From the NCBI GenBank assembly GCA_001244265.2, contig LN717261.1, forward strand, positions 2,867,591-2,931,590: a stretch of DNA of 64,000 nucleotides, in the 5' to 3' direction. The notes beneath the pieces were generated by a model. That model ran no database searches, was not told the DNA's origin, and saw nothing but the letters and a program-made list of their open reading frames with translations. This stretch comes from Microbotryum violaceum (Eukaryota). Made by a program: the position numbers and the translations under genes. Shown here piece after piece: positions 36,401 to 49,900 of this stretch. How positions within the stretch are numbered: position 1 is the first letter of the stretch; every line of letters begins with the position of its first letter.

Positions 36401-39400
36401 TTTTTTTATTTTTTATTTGATAGACTTCATTAACAGCATAATTATATTAATACCTAGAAATCTTTGGAAAAGTCGAAGGGAATGCTGTTACGCACACTGG
36501 CAGAAGCCAATAGTGTAGGACTCATTGACCCTGAACCAGGATCAACCACACCCACCAAAACCCCCTTTGGTGTCTTACAGAGACACTAGGCGACCCTTGG
36601 ACTCCTCGATAGAGGCTCGAAGCCCCTCGAACTCCGTTTTGGTGATCGGTTCCAAAAGATCCGACGAGAATCGACGACGGCGACAGAGCTTCCAGATCGA
36701 GTGAAAGAAGAGGACTCGTAGTTCGACAAGTCGATGTTCCGAGCGAGACACGACCGGGCATACAAAGTCCACAAAGACTGGGTGGGGGGTCGGGAACAGA
36801 GCAGACCAGAGGCGCCGGGCAAATGGGCAGCCGACCGCGAGGTAAACCAGGCACTCGGGTGCTTCCGAGAGGCACATCACACAGGAGGTAGATCGATTGT
36901 TGGGATGTGGGTTGGTTGGGGAGGCGACTTGGCTTCCCGGATGGAGGGACCCCAGGGAGAGAAGGTGGCCGGTATCCTCGGCGTCCGAGTGAACCCGGCG
37001 AACCTTGCGCAAAGCCTTCCACCAAGCGTTCCAGCGTTGCTCAGGCAGATCGAATACCTTCTGGTGTCCCTTGGGGAAGATAGGGGGAAGATGAAGACTT
37101 GGTGGCGTTTGGACGCGTTCACAAACGAAGACGGGGTCATCACCTCGCCATCGGGCCCTCGGAAAAGCGTCGGGTTTACCGAGAGTTGTATTCCGTGGCC
37201 CGCTGGGAAATAGAGTACGTGCGTCGCCCATTGCTCGAGGTTCTGGCTCTTGGAGAGTTCCGGGGGATTGAGCGTGGTCACCAACGTCCAGGCTTCGAAG
37301 TATCGGGCCCAACGAGCAGGAAGAAGTTTTGTCGTTTTTCTCACCGCATGGTCCCATTTCGGGGGAGGATGGCAAAAGTATGCCCACCAGATCCAAATCC
37401 AAGGGCAACGATGCTGGTTGGGGGCCGGTATGGACAAGGTGAAAGGGGTTGGTTCGTTTGGTGCCTGGAGGCGGATGCGGATGTCGAAGAGGTGGCGTGT
37501 GAAGCAGCCGTCCGGGGCCCGGAGCTGGAAGACCCACTTCGCGTGATCAATTGCTAGACGCCGAGGCAGATCAATCAAACCGAAGCCGCCGTGATCAAGA
37601 GGGGTGCAGAGGCGCGACCGGGAGACCTTCGGACGTCGCTGAGTACCATCCGAAGCTCGACCGTGAATGGCGAGCATGGCGGCCTCCTCGATCTCCTTGA
37701 CAACGCTCTTGGGGGCGGGAAGGAATCGGCTGTAGTACAAGATCTTTGTGTAGCAGTAGATGTTGATGATCGAACACTTGGCTGCATATGGGAGATCGTA
37801 CATCGGAATCGAGCGTATCCGAGCGATGGTCGAGGCCTTGACATCTTCCCAGCCCGCATCCTCAGCGATCTCCACCCCCACCTGAATACCAAGGTAGCGA
37901 AACTGCGAATCGCTGAGACGCCAGGTCCCGAGATCTGGGGTGATCGACCGATCCCGAAAAGCTCCAAGGGGGTAGAGGAAAGATTTGGCGTTGCTGAGCT
38001 TGCTGGCACTTGCCCGTTCGTAAAGCTCGATCGCCCGATTGAGGTGGTCGAGGTCCGAGAGGTTGTGGAGTGCGCAGCAAACGTCGTCGGCAAAAAGGAG
38101 TTCGCGAACGTTTTGGAGGCCCGCAATATCGATGCCCTTGACTCTCAATCGAATCTGACAGGCAAAACCTTCGATCGTCAGGACGAAGAGAGACGGAGCC
38201 AAAGGATCACCTTGCCGAACGCCCGACAGGATGTCGAAAGTGGCAGAGAGCCAACCGTTGAGGAAGATCGAGGCAGATTGGTTGGTGTAGGTCGCTCGGT
38301 ACCATTGGCGGGCTTTGGGGCCGAGGCCAACGGCGCAGAGGACTGCATCAAGGTACGGGTGGGAAAGACGATCGTAAGCCTTTTCAAAGTCCATCACCGC
38401 TAGCATGCCAGACACGGGTGTTGAGCCCGGAAGTCCAGGGTCCATGAGACACTGGACCTCAGCGATGTTTGTGCCGATCCAATGGTTCGGAACAAAGCCA
38501 CGTTGGGTTGGCCCGATCAGGGACTCGAGCAGGGGAGCGAGGCGCTGGTTGTGGGCTTGCGAGATGATGCGCTTGTCTGCATTGATGAGCGATATGGGGC
38601 GTTTGTTCGAGAGCTGATCCCTCTCGCCGCGTTTGTGGATGAGATGGATGTGGGCGGTGTTGCGGGGAAGAGGTCCAGGCTGACGGGCCTCGGTGGGGAT
38701 CGAGTTGATGACGTCTCGAAGAATCGGGCCAGTGGCCGGCCACGTAGCGCGATAGAACTCAACCGGGAGGCCGTCAGGCCCTGGCGAAGAGTTCGACTTA
38801 CACGCCGCTTGAGCCTTTGTCATCTCCTCCAACGGGTACGCTTCCTCGAGCTTGAGTGAGTCCGCGGGGAGAGGCGAGTTGAAGCGAGGCCGTCGATGAT
38901 CGCCTTCAGGGCCGCGTCATCGATGGGGCGGTCCTCATAGACCCGCTCGAAGTAGTCGCTGGCCGCTCCAAGCATCGAATCAGGGTCGGAATGAACAACA
39001 TCGTTGACCGTGAGCGAAGGGATCAGGTCGGATGCTCGCACTTTGCGCAGGCGGATGAAGATGGAAGAGGGACCCGCCAGAGATGGGTCGAGGCGGGACC
39101 GCAGGGCCGCGCCGTAGCGCGAGTGGTCAGCCCTCTCTTGCTCCGACCCGCCACGACGGAACCGAGCGAAAGTCCGGGCCAGAGCCTGCAGCTCGGGCAG
39201 CAGGCGGTGTTTGGTGGACGTCCAAGCTGCTGGTGGATCGTTGGGCGTCTGGAGGAGGGCTTTGTTGTAAAGGGTGCGGACAATGGAGGTGAGGTACTCG
39301 CAGGTCGCGTCGCCCTCGATCACGTGCAAACCTAGCTTGAATTTGCCCGGACCGATGTCGATTGCGCCCGGCACTTGGAACCGTGCCACAACCATTGAGT

Positions 39401-41594
39401 GCGTCGATTTGAGGACAGGAGCCCAAATTTTGTGTTCATGGAAGAGGTCGACCCAATCAGGCGAGACATAGATGCGATCAAGGCGACGGCACGTGCCGGG
39501 CGCTGAGCGATTCGTCGTGGCACGCCCTTTGGGATGATGGAGCCGATAGGCGTCGAAAAGATTGTTGGCCGTGGCAAGGTCGCGCATCTCCTGACCCCCA
39601 TAATTCGTTCCGTTTTGGTTCTCCGAATCGAGGGGCTGGGACTCAACACAATTCCAGTCCCCCCGACTAGGAGCGCAGGCGGCGAGGGTTCGTCACGTAC
39701 AACTTGTCGGAGGGCGGTGCTGAAGTGTGAGAGGAAGCGTTTTTTGTCTGGCTTGTCGGAGGAAGGCGCGTATATTGATACAACCCGGACTTTTGAATCA
39801 CCCACACAAAAGGTGGCGTCGGTGACTCGGTCCGGGAAAGAGAAAGAGGCACGAAGGGTGTTTGGAGGCGACTCGGGATCAAAAGTAATGACCACGGAGT
39901 CGCTCTTCCAAAGTATGGCAGTGTTGTTGAAAGGAGTGAAGAGAGCGGAGAGCTTTAAGTCTTGACACTCCTGAGTCCACTGGGCCACTCTTTCGGGGGA
40001 AGGTCGGCCAGTTTTGCTCAGGAGAAAGACGTCGGCGTTATGGGAGTGGAGATTGGAGAAAAGAGAGGCACACTTACGGTCTTCATTGATTGACTGCACG
40101 TTGGCAGCAACAAAAGAAATGTTTGAGATCTTAATTGTGCTCATCATCTTGGTCCATAGCATCTTCCACGCCCTTAGGAGGTGCTTCTTGGTCTTCGGCT
40201 TCTTCGTCGGCCTCGTCGTCGGTGTCGGCGTCATCGGGTCGGGCTTTGGGCGCGGCTGAGGGCAAAGGCGTGGGCGAAGACGGCTCGGGGATCGGCTCGG
40301 AGGCTTCGAGGGCAGGCGCAGTGGGAGGGGCTTCACGAGTGGCTGGCTTGGAGAGGGCGGGAATCGACTTGGATCGAGTTATGATCGACTCTGGCGTGGC
40401 CGGAGGAGGGCTTGGGAATGGAGAGGTGGTCTCTGAGCTGGGGGACTCGGAGGATTTTTCAACGAGGGAGTAGGCAATTCCCTGATTGGAGGCAGGCTGG
40501 GGGCAGGAGGAGTGGCAGTTTTGCAAGGAAAATTGAAGGAGAACTCGGGGCGAGCATTCTTCGACAGAGAATCGGGCTGAGCTCTGTTGGACAGATCTTC
40601 AGTCTGGGCAGCCAGATCCTGTTCCACTCGACGGTTTTTGGTCGTGCGGTCGTGGGCGGAGGCCGGGGAGATCGACTTGGACACGGCGGCGGGGGCGGCG
40701 GTGGTAGCGGTGGAGGCTTGCGGGGCACGTGACGTGGGGTTCCCTGGGGCTCGGCGCATGACGGGCCGGGCAGTGCTGGGTGGCGTGCGAGGTGCTCGCG
40801 CAGGACTTGCACGCCGGGGCGACGGGGCAATCCTTACGGACGTGAGCCGCGGAACGGCAGAAGACGCAGTGGCGCATGCCACCGGTGATCCTCAGTGGGA
40901 TTCGCTCAGTGACACCGTCACGAGCAATAGAAAGTGAGACAGGGGGCAAACATCTACATCCTTAAGGGCAAGGACAAAGCCGTACACCCCAGAGATGTGT
41001 TTCGTCTTTCCAATGTATTGGATGCGACGACGGAGGACCGTGCCATAGGCAGCGATCTGCTCATCGAATAGGCAGAGGCCCTCGGGGTCGGAGAAAAAGC
41101 CCGTAAGGGTGCATTGTACAACACCTCCTCTAGTAGAGCTGTACAGCTTCTCGACTTTGCACAGAGTCTTGCCAACAGTGAGGCCGTTGGCCACCAGGGT
41201 GTCGAGATCGGCGGCCTTGGGAAAGCGGAGGCCGCGCTGACCCTTGATGACGCATGGCATTGCGCCGGTAAGGCCAGGGTAGTATTTGTCAAGCGCGAGG
41301 AGGACTTGCTCGACCGAGGTTGGGGGTGGGGTGTTGATGATGACACAATTCTCGATGTTGTGCATCAGTGGATGGGCGGCGACGGCAGTCGAGGCGTTGG
41401 CGGTGGCGTTTCCGTGCTTCGCAGCGGAGCGGGCGCCGACCGCGGCGGAGTATGATTTGGTGGTGGTGGCGGGGGCTTGGCCGGGAGGATTGGGAGGGTC
41501 AGGGCGAAGAGGTGGTATAGCAGCATGGCTGGCGTTGTTGGTGTTGTTGTTGTTGTCCATCCAATAGGAGTTTCTTCGTTACTTCGGTCAATTG
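36401..41594 (-). mobile_element. L1-clade non-LTR retrotransposon (LINE), full length but frameshifted
   Basis: A-rich 3' tail at 36401-36418; ORF1 from 41560 with CVFCRSAAHVRKDC and CKSCASTSHATQHC knuckles; ORF2 with APE (ANVQSI, RLDRIY), RT (SPGPDG, DFEKAYD, GVRQGDP, FADD, YLGI) and C-terminal Cys motif. Confidence 0.93.
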
Positions 41595-42632
41595 GATTGA
41601 CTGACTACTGGGCTACTATAACTCCCCGCTTAAATGGAGTTGTAAAATGGCTTCCGCGCTCTTTCGACATCCCAACCACAGTGGAAATCATCCGTTCTCG
41701 TAATTGTGTGTATGCTTCAATTGCGTTCGCCGCCGGTTTCATATCAAACTTTCGAGCCAATGCTGTGTATTTGCAAATCACATCCCATAGCTCGAGTGCC
41801 AAATATCGAGGGCGGAGCCTCAACACCATCTCATCGCCAAGTGGAGGAATCACGTAGGCCGTATGGGTGTGGAGGATATCCAGACACTGCAGCCTTGGTT
41901 CCAATCCGTTGGCGACCGAGAGCAATGCGATAAGCGTTGAGTCAATCCAACAAGAATTATCGCTCCACGGGCCTTGGATAATGACGACTGGCCCGTCTTC
42001 ACCTGATCAAAGCCAGAAGTCTGCGTGGAGCTGCACAATCGTGCTACCAAGCAATGTCGACGTCGATGTCTTGGGCGGAGCGAATTTTACCCTTGGTGCA
42101 GATCTAGAGTCCTCTGGGAGCTTGTCACTGGTGCGCTCGAGTGACGTTGACGTTGAAGCAGGTTTTGGCGTGGCGATTTCTACCTTTCTTGCAGATTTTG
42201 ATGGCGCCAACTCCGACTTGGATGCAACCAGGGACAGGGGAATGTCGAATACGGACATACGTGTCCTTTTTGCCTCCGATTGTGATTCAGGTTCCGACAA
42301 CAGGAAGGCCAATCGTTCTCGAGGTATCCGGTATTTTCGACCACTGGGGGCTTCCAAATTTCGTGCATTGTGCTGCGCAAGAACTGTGAGACGGAGGATA
42401 AATCAGAGCAGGATTTCCGTCAGCCAGGCCTCAGCGCCTCTGCACTCAGTCAACAGTCTGGAGCGGAGGCGTACGTATTTGGGACAACTCCGTTTCTTCA
42501 TTGAGCGCCCTCACAGCCATAGGGACAACGGGGACTCGTCGCGATGGGCCGCTGAAATCTGAGCGGGGAGGACTACCTTTCGATTTGGAATTGGACGTTT
42601 GATGGAGCTTGATGGAGCAATCCGTCGGGGAA

Positions 42633-45600
42633 ATAATAAGAGACTGACGAACGTGTAATACAACCGTCAGTTAGTTGCATATGATAGTAGCCGTAATGCT
42701 AGATGTACGTACCTGACGAGCGTGTAATCCAACCGTGGGGAGAATACAACGGTTGGTGCGCATCGCCAGGCTTCACTAAACAAACGCGCGCTTCTAATCA
42801 AATAACCGATAGCCGCCTTCCTGCTAATCCTCATTCACAACACGCCAACTCGCCCCTTCACGCGATGAATCTATAAGCCCCATCGCGTGTACAAACTGAT
42901 AGTGCTTCTGTGTCCCGAGCCCCTTGGTGAGGACATCCGCAGCCAGCCATGGTGCCCGTGGGCACCCAGACCATCTCGATTGTGCCTTCCGCGATGTGGT
43001 CCCGGATGAAGGGAAAGTGGATGCCAATATTTTTGGTACGAGCATGGAAAGCCGGGTGCTTGGCCAGAGTGATGGCGGACTGGTTGTCACCCCGCAAACG
43101 AGTCGGAGCGGTCTGCTCGAAGCCCGCAAGCAAACGACGTAACCAAATCCCTCGCGAGCGGCGTATGACATGGCCACATACTCTGCCTCGGTACTGGAGA
43201 GGGTGACGAGAGTCTCTCGCTTGGCGATCCAAGAGATAGCCCCACCAGCGCACATGAACACGTAGCCCAAGACGCTCCGGCGAGTGACCGGGTCGGCGCC
43301 ATGATCAGCATTGACAAATCCCTCCAAGATTGCCGACATAGGCTGGAAGGACTTCTGATAGCGGATGCCAAAATTGCGGGTACCGACAAGGTAGCGCAGG
43401 ATGTGTTTGAGCGCCTCCCAATGCTCCGCCGTGAAGTCGTTGCAGAAACGAGCAGCCTTTGAAACGGCGAACGCGATGTCGGGTCGAGTGGTGCCAGAGA
43501 GGTATAAGAGCTTGCCTACAATGGCGCGATAGGGGATCGAGGCAGGATCAAAACCGGAGTCAGCGCGATTCCTCAGAGTCGACGGAGCCGCGAGAGGCAT
43601 GGGGCAGGAGGAGGCATTGGCCATGTGGTGTTCCTCGAGGATGGCATCAACGAAATGTCCCTGGTTGACGATCGCAGCACCCATCTTGCCCTCACGACGG
43701 ATGCTTTGGCCGAGGAAGAAGGAAGCCTCGTCGGTGCTGCGAGCTTCGAACCGAGCCTTGAGCTGACAGCACGCCGTCAAGATCCCCGTCACCCGTGAGC
43801 AGACCGCCGTCAACATGAATGGAGAGGAAAGACCGTCGATCCCCCTCTTTGTGAACGAAAACAGCATGGTCACTGTCGGTGCGGGTGAAGCCAATGGACA
43901 GAATCCATTCAGTGAAGACCTTGTACCACTTGCGGCCCGCCTGAACGAGGCCGTAGAGAGCGCGCTGCAAGCGCACGATATCGCCTCCGGGTAGTCGCAT
44001 GTAGAGCTCGGTCCCGCCGAGGTTTCCGTTTAGGTACGCAGACGAGACGTCGAACTGGCGGGTCTCCCACTCGTTCTTGACGGCGAGGGCAAGTAACAGT
44101 CGATGGGAGGCGGCTCGATCTGTGGGCGAGAACGAATCAATATGCACCCCCCGACGTCTTTGCATGTCCCCGCGCGCAACAAGTCAAGCTTTGTACTTGA
44201 CAATTTGACCCTCCGCATTGCGCTTGACGAGGAGCACCCACATGCTCCCGATGACAATGGCCCCGGGCGGAGGTCGAACCGGCTTGGAGAACGTGTTCTT
44301 AGCGGCGAGAGCTCCCTCCTCCACCGACATGGCGGCCAGCCAGTAATCACGAAAGGGGCCAGCAAGGGCGGCCTGGACCGAAGGAGTGTCATCGCTGTCG
44401 ATCTTGGCGAGGAGCGCAGAGACTTCCTCAAACGAGTACATCTGCGTGTCAGGGTCACCTTTGTCGAAGTCATCGAACTGGATGGCCGCGTGGTCGGCAA
44501 ACTCCCAATGCTGTGCCGCGTGAGCAAATCCGAGGTAGTCAGGCGGACGACGGGTCCGGGTGGAGCAATCACCATCGGGCGGTGCGTTTGCCGGGCCAGG
44601 GTTCGAAAATGCGAGGGCGGGCGGAACGGGTGGCGGAGCGGCGGCAGCGGGAGCCACGGCCGGCGCTTTGGTGACAGGGGGCGCAGCGGCGGAACCAATG
44701 CCGAGCGGCGCCGGCGGGTAAAACAAACCGACCGCGACAGGGATGGCAGGCATGGCAGGGCTCACCGCAGCGGGAAAGAAACGGTCCTCAAAGAACCTGG
44801 CCTGAGACAACTCGAAGACCTTGTTGCAAACTGGATCGAAGAAGCGCCAGGCCTTGGATCGCGAGGAGTAGCCAACAAAGTAGCAGAGGCGGGATTGGGG
44901 GGCCAGCTTGTTGGGACGTTGCTCGGGGGTGAGCGGCACGTGAGCGGCACAGCCCCAGGTCTTGACACGGTCGAGGCGGGGGCGGCGGGTGTCCGTGACC
45001 GGGTCCGAGGGTTCGTGCAGCACAGAGTCTGGGGTGCGCTGCTGGAGCGGCGACGAGGGGAGCAGATTTATGACGTAGATCGCGGCGTGCGCCGTTCATC
45101 CCAAAGTGCGGGAGGCAGTCCCGAGCGATGGAGCCAGGCGCGAACGGAGTTGAAGATCGTTCGCCAGCTGCGTTCTTGAACGCCCATCTGGCCGTGCTCG
45201 TACTGTGGAGAGCTCGTGGCAAATGCCCTGCGCGGCGAGCCAATCCCGGAGCCTGTGGTTCACAAACTCGCCCCCTCTGTCCGTGCGCAGCGTCGTGACG
45301 CCCTGGCCCCCGTACTGGGTCTTCGACATCGCAACAAAATCCTGAAGGACGGCTGCCGAGTCACTCTTGAGCCGGATGCTGCGAGCCCAGCGGAAGCGCG
45401 AAAACTCGTCCGTGATGCCGCAGAGGTAACGAGCACCCGAAAGTGCGGGCACAGGGGAAGGACCCCACACGTTGGCAAAGACATGGGAGAAAGGTGCGTC
45501 TGCGGGGTGGCTCGTGGGTTCCCGGTTCGGGAAGAGACGGTTTTGCCGGCGCAGCAAGCATTGCACTGATCGAGGAGGCAAATCTGATCCGGAGTTACAG

Positions 45601-46690
45601 CGGCTACATCGAGTGGAATTTGACCCGACCTAACAAGCTCTACCAAACGACCCCAAGAAGGATGACCCAAGCGCTGATGCCAAAGCACTACATCTGTAGG
45701 CAAGGTGGTGGCAGTCAGCGCCAGGTGATCCGCCCAAGGAGGTGGGTGAGAACTTGCCTGAAGCACGTAGTGGTTGCGATCGAAGGCGAAGGAAAGGCGG
45801 GAGGTCGCGCTCGAGATCACGATCCCGGTATGTATCCCAGCCGCGTCGCACTCGTTGGATAGCTCATACCCGTCCTTCATCAGGCCGGCGAGTGAGACGA
45901 GTTCAGCGGACAGACCCGGGACAAGGAGGACGTTGTGGAGCTCGATGGACGCTTCGTCGACACCGAACCGGAGAGTGCCTGTACCGGTCACCACGGCACT
46001 GGAGTTGAAGGCGCCGATGACCCGGACGCGCCCCGTGGTGACGGGCTTGAAGTCGATGAGGAGGTCCCGGCAAGTCGTCATGTCTCGGGTCGCACCCAAA
46101 TCAAGCAAGTAGCGTGGGATGTTGCTCAGGTACAGCGCCATGTTGTTGTCACCAATGGGTACGCCAATGACAAAGTATCCCTCGTAGGCCTCGTCTTCGA
46201 GCTGAGCCTTGGGTGCACGGTCGACGGCGACGAGCGCCATTATGTCGGCCGCGCCAATGGTGATGTTGTGTTTGGCGAGAACAGTGATGCGGCGGCGAGA
46301 GACCTCTGCCGATGGCACCGTACATTCGTCGCCAAGATGTCCCTGCTCGTAGCACCTTCTGGACTGCATCCGACCCAGTTTCAGGCGACCAGCGTGCGAG
46401 ATCCCGTGAGGCCGGGCACCCTCGAGGCCTGAAGGAAGGGGGGCGCCGAGATACCGGAAGGACGGCCCGAGGGTTTCGAGCGAGGACGACCCGAGGCTGG
46501 CTGACTCCGAGACTGCACCCGTGCCGCTAAGGCCTCCGCGATGGGCTCGATCTGCTGGCTCGAGGAAAGTGCGGCCCTACGTATTGCGCCTTCAACTTGC
46601 TCAAGCTATGGGAGGGTGCCGATGGAGTCGATGACCGTCACGAGGTTCCTCAGCATCCTAGCCTTCAAAAGGTCCATGCGAACACCCTTG
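42633..46690 (-). mobile_element. Copia-3, 5'-truncated, heavily degenerate; right boundary approximate
   Basis: 3' LTR about 42633-42842; RH/RT ([25 protein letters not shown]), integrase (LRTDRGGEF), decayed protease (YLLDLGATRDM), knuckle CYEQGHLGDEC; no 5' LTR. Confidence 0.88.
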
Positions 46691-47129
46691 GACAGCGCGG
46701 GCGGTGGTACCCACTTGTCGAAATCGCTCTGGGTAAACGATGTGCCGTCAATCCTGGCGCGTTGATAGGCTTTGTCACGGGAGACGTGGGCGGCGACGAG
46801 GTCCTCAAACAACCAGTTGAAGTTCGCAAGCCATGGGTCAAGCGCTTTGCCGTCGACAAATGGCTCACACAAGAAGAGGGTGTCAATCCAACGTCGTCTG
46901 ATGATTCGCTCAAACTATGCTTGTCAGACGGCGGGTCAGGCATCTTGCGCTTGTGGGGGTAATCAACACGTCTTGAGCCCTTTTTGGAGGCCATTGACTG
47001 CGCAGTGGGCCCATTGCCCTGCCTTGACCGGTTCTTTGGTTGCTGCCAGGAACAATTTGACGTGGAAGGAGGTAATTTGGTTGATTTGCTCAGTGGTGGT
47101 GTTGCAGGGCCCTTTGACAGGTCTGAAGG

Positions 47130-49355
47130 TATTGAAACTGAACAGCAATGTGCTGAACAAGTTGGCGGCAGGGACGAGCCAATGAGTTCATAATCAAGTG
47201 AAGAAGAGGAGACAAAGACGCGAATTGCGCGCGCAACTAATATAAAGTGGAGACGCGCGTAGTGCGGATTTAAGGCAAGAGTAATTTACTTCAACACCCC
47301 CCTTGCTCTTGGCCTGAAATTCGCCGAAGGCCAATAGCGTCACAATGACGCTGGAAAATTGCTCAGGGCAGCGGCTTGGTGAAGATATCGGCCACCATGT
47401 CATGGGTAAGGATGTAGGTGACCGAGATCTCTCCATTTCGAACGTGCTCCCAAACAAAGTGCTCCAACATGCGAAGGTGTTTGGTGCGAGCATGGAAGAC
47501 CGGGTTCTGGGTGAGCGCAATAGCGCCTTGATTGTCTCCAAGCAGACAAAGGGGTGACAATGTGTCAAGGCCAAGCTCGGTGAGGAGCGAGCAAAGGAAG
47601 ACTGCCTCCTTGGCAGCGTGCAAAAGACCCAGATACTCGGCTTCCGTAGACATACACACCACTCGGGGTTGGAGACGGGATGACCACGATATTGCGCCAC
47701 CAGCCAGTTTGAACAAGTAGCCCAAGTCTGTTCTTGAGCTCACCAGTGTGACACACCGTGTCGGCGATGGAGACCGTTGCCTTGGCCCGAGTCAGACGGA
47801 TGTCGTAACCCCCAATGTCGGCACAACTGGCGGAGAACAGGTTGACCAGAGCGGTGGGCACGAACAAGGCGTCGTTGAGTTGGCCGATGCTGCCGTCAAA
47901 GGAACGAATGATTGCGGAGCCGACGCCTTTGATGGAGTTGACAACTTCACCAGTGATGCCTTCGAGCGGAGCTGGCTTGCACTTGCGGAAGGACATGAAA
48001 CATGCGCGATTGTTGACGATGTGGTGCGTCGCCCCGCTGTCCAGGATGATGGAGGGCCTGGCCAAGGTGGACATCGTGGCTGTGAGGTAGCCAAGCACAG
48101 GACCGTCAACCAGCGTCAAGATATCAGGCGCAGTGACGAGCGAGGCGGAAGGCGCTGAAGGAGCCTTCGTCTTCTTCCCCTTGGACCCAGCCTTGTTGTC
48201 CGGGCACTTGCAATTCCAGTGCGGACCTCCGCAGTGGTGGCACGGGGAGAAAGGAGGCGCGGTAGACTTGTCCGCTGTCGCAATTGGGCTTGCCACCATG
48301 GCAACAGGTTTGGGAGCTGGTGTCTGATCCGCCTGCGTGTGGAGCGACTGGAGGACCTCTGTCGGGCTCGCTAGCCTATCCAATCCTTGCCAAAGTGTTT
48401 GCGTGTAGTATTCACGGTACAGATCCTTGCCGAAGTGGACAAGGCGGAACGACACAATCTGCTCGAAAGTAAGCTTGTGTCCCGAGAGCGTGTTAAATAG
48501 CTTAATGGTTGTCGCTTGGTACTTTGCGAAGGCGTCCATGCCGGTGGGAGGGGGTCCCACGTCGAGCAACGCTTGGAGACGGATGAGAATGTCAGCCACC
48601 GTGCCGGTACCAACCGCCTTCTTGATCATCTGTAAGACTTCCGCAGGAGTGTGGTCGTAACCATCCTTTATGTGTTTTCGGATGTCCGGTGAGACAGAAC
48701 GCATCAGCAGCGCGACCGCTTGGAAATTGGCGTGATCGAGATCCGTGCGCGTGTTGGGTGATTGGACGGGCGTCGCGAGGGTGCAGTTCCAATAGTCGCC
48801 GCCAAGGGCGCCTCGCACGTCGTCGAATCACCCAACACGCGCACGGATCTCGATCACGCCAATTTCCAAGCGGTCGCGCTGCTGATGCGTTCTCTCTCAC
48901 CGGACATCCGAAAACACATAAAGGATGGTTACGACCACACTCCTGCGGAAGTCTTACAGATGATCAAGAAGGCGGTCGGTACCGGCACGGTGGCTGACAT
49001 TCCCGCCAAGGGCGCCTCGCACGTCGTCGATCCATTGCGACCAGCCCCCAGCGTTTCGCAGATGGCATGATGGGTCAACATCGCGTGGTTTGACGAGGAC
49101 GATAGGGGTTGTTCCCCCTGTGACCATGAGAGGAGTGCTCATGTCTTGATGACTCGAATTGGCTGGCCGCTCGGTTGGGCTCGTAACCTATTGAAACTGA
49201 ACAGCGATGTGCTGAACGAGTTGGCGGCAGGGACGAGCCAATGAGTTCGTAATCAAGTGAAGAAGAGGAGACAAAGACGCGAATCGCGCGCGCGACTAAT
49301 ATAAAGTGGAGACGCGCGTAGTGCGGATTTAAGGCAAGAGTAATTTACTTCAACA
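47130..49355 (-). mobile_element. Copia-4, internally deleted relative of Copia-2 (gag-PR fused to RNase H)
   Basis: 167-bp LTRs 47130-47296 and 49189-49355, TSD GAAGG, PBS-like GGTTACGAGCCC; gag/PR similar to Copia-2; integrase and RT absent (junction ~47730). Confidence 0.93.
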
Positions 49356-49900
49356 GAAGGTCCTTGTGGTGACTCAGAAAACCCGATGCCAGCTAGACGA
49401 GCAGGTGCAGCGAGCGAGATCGAAGGCTCAGGCATGTTGGCGTCACTGACGTAGGATGAGGGTACCCGATTGCGTGACTTGATCTCTTTGATACTGAACA
49501 ATCAGATGATTGAAGACGACTTCAACATCTCGCCATTGCTCGCCAAAGTCCTCGAGGAGAGTGGCTTCGCCGAACAACGGGCGGCCAAGATGGACGTGGA
49601 TGATTTCCTCAAGTAAGTCCATCGTCGTCCCACGGTTTCCGAGGAAGGCCATGAAGCTGACGTGTCGTTGGTTCACTCTTCGCCTAGGCTGCTGACCATC
49701 TTCCACAAGTATCATCTTCACTTTGCGTGAGAAAGGCGCTGGCCCTCACTTGCTCTCTGCTTTCGTCGTTCTTCTTTCTCAGTTCGTCGGAAACCGGCTG
49801 TTGTACTGCATTATATCCTTTTGGTTTTACTAAGTTTGCGAAACTTCAATAACGAAAGCTGTCTTCACTGTGTGTGACCTCTTGACGTGTGGGTGACCCC

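Larger units (their letters stand above)
34893..49493 (-). mobile_element. MULE copy 2 (left TIR, peptidase and central region; transposase end missing) with three nested retroelements
   Basis: 34893-36400, 41595-42632, 46879-47129 and 49356-49493 match 1453-2958, 2959-3993 and 8754-9137 of copy 1. Confidence 0.9.

Noticed and set aside
44103-45179. 358-aa plus-strand ORF
   Set aside because: Antisense shadow of GC-rich Copia-3 pol
49494-49860. Minus-strand ORF fragment at the MULE truncation point
   Set aside because: Too short and featureless to assign
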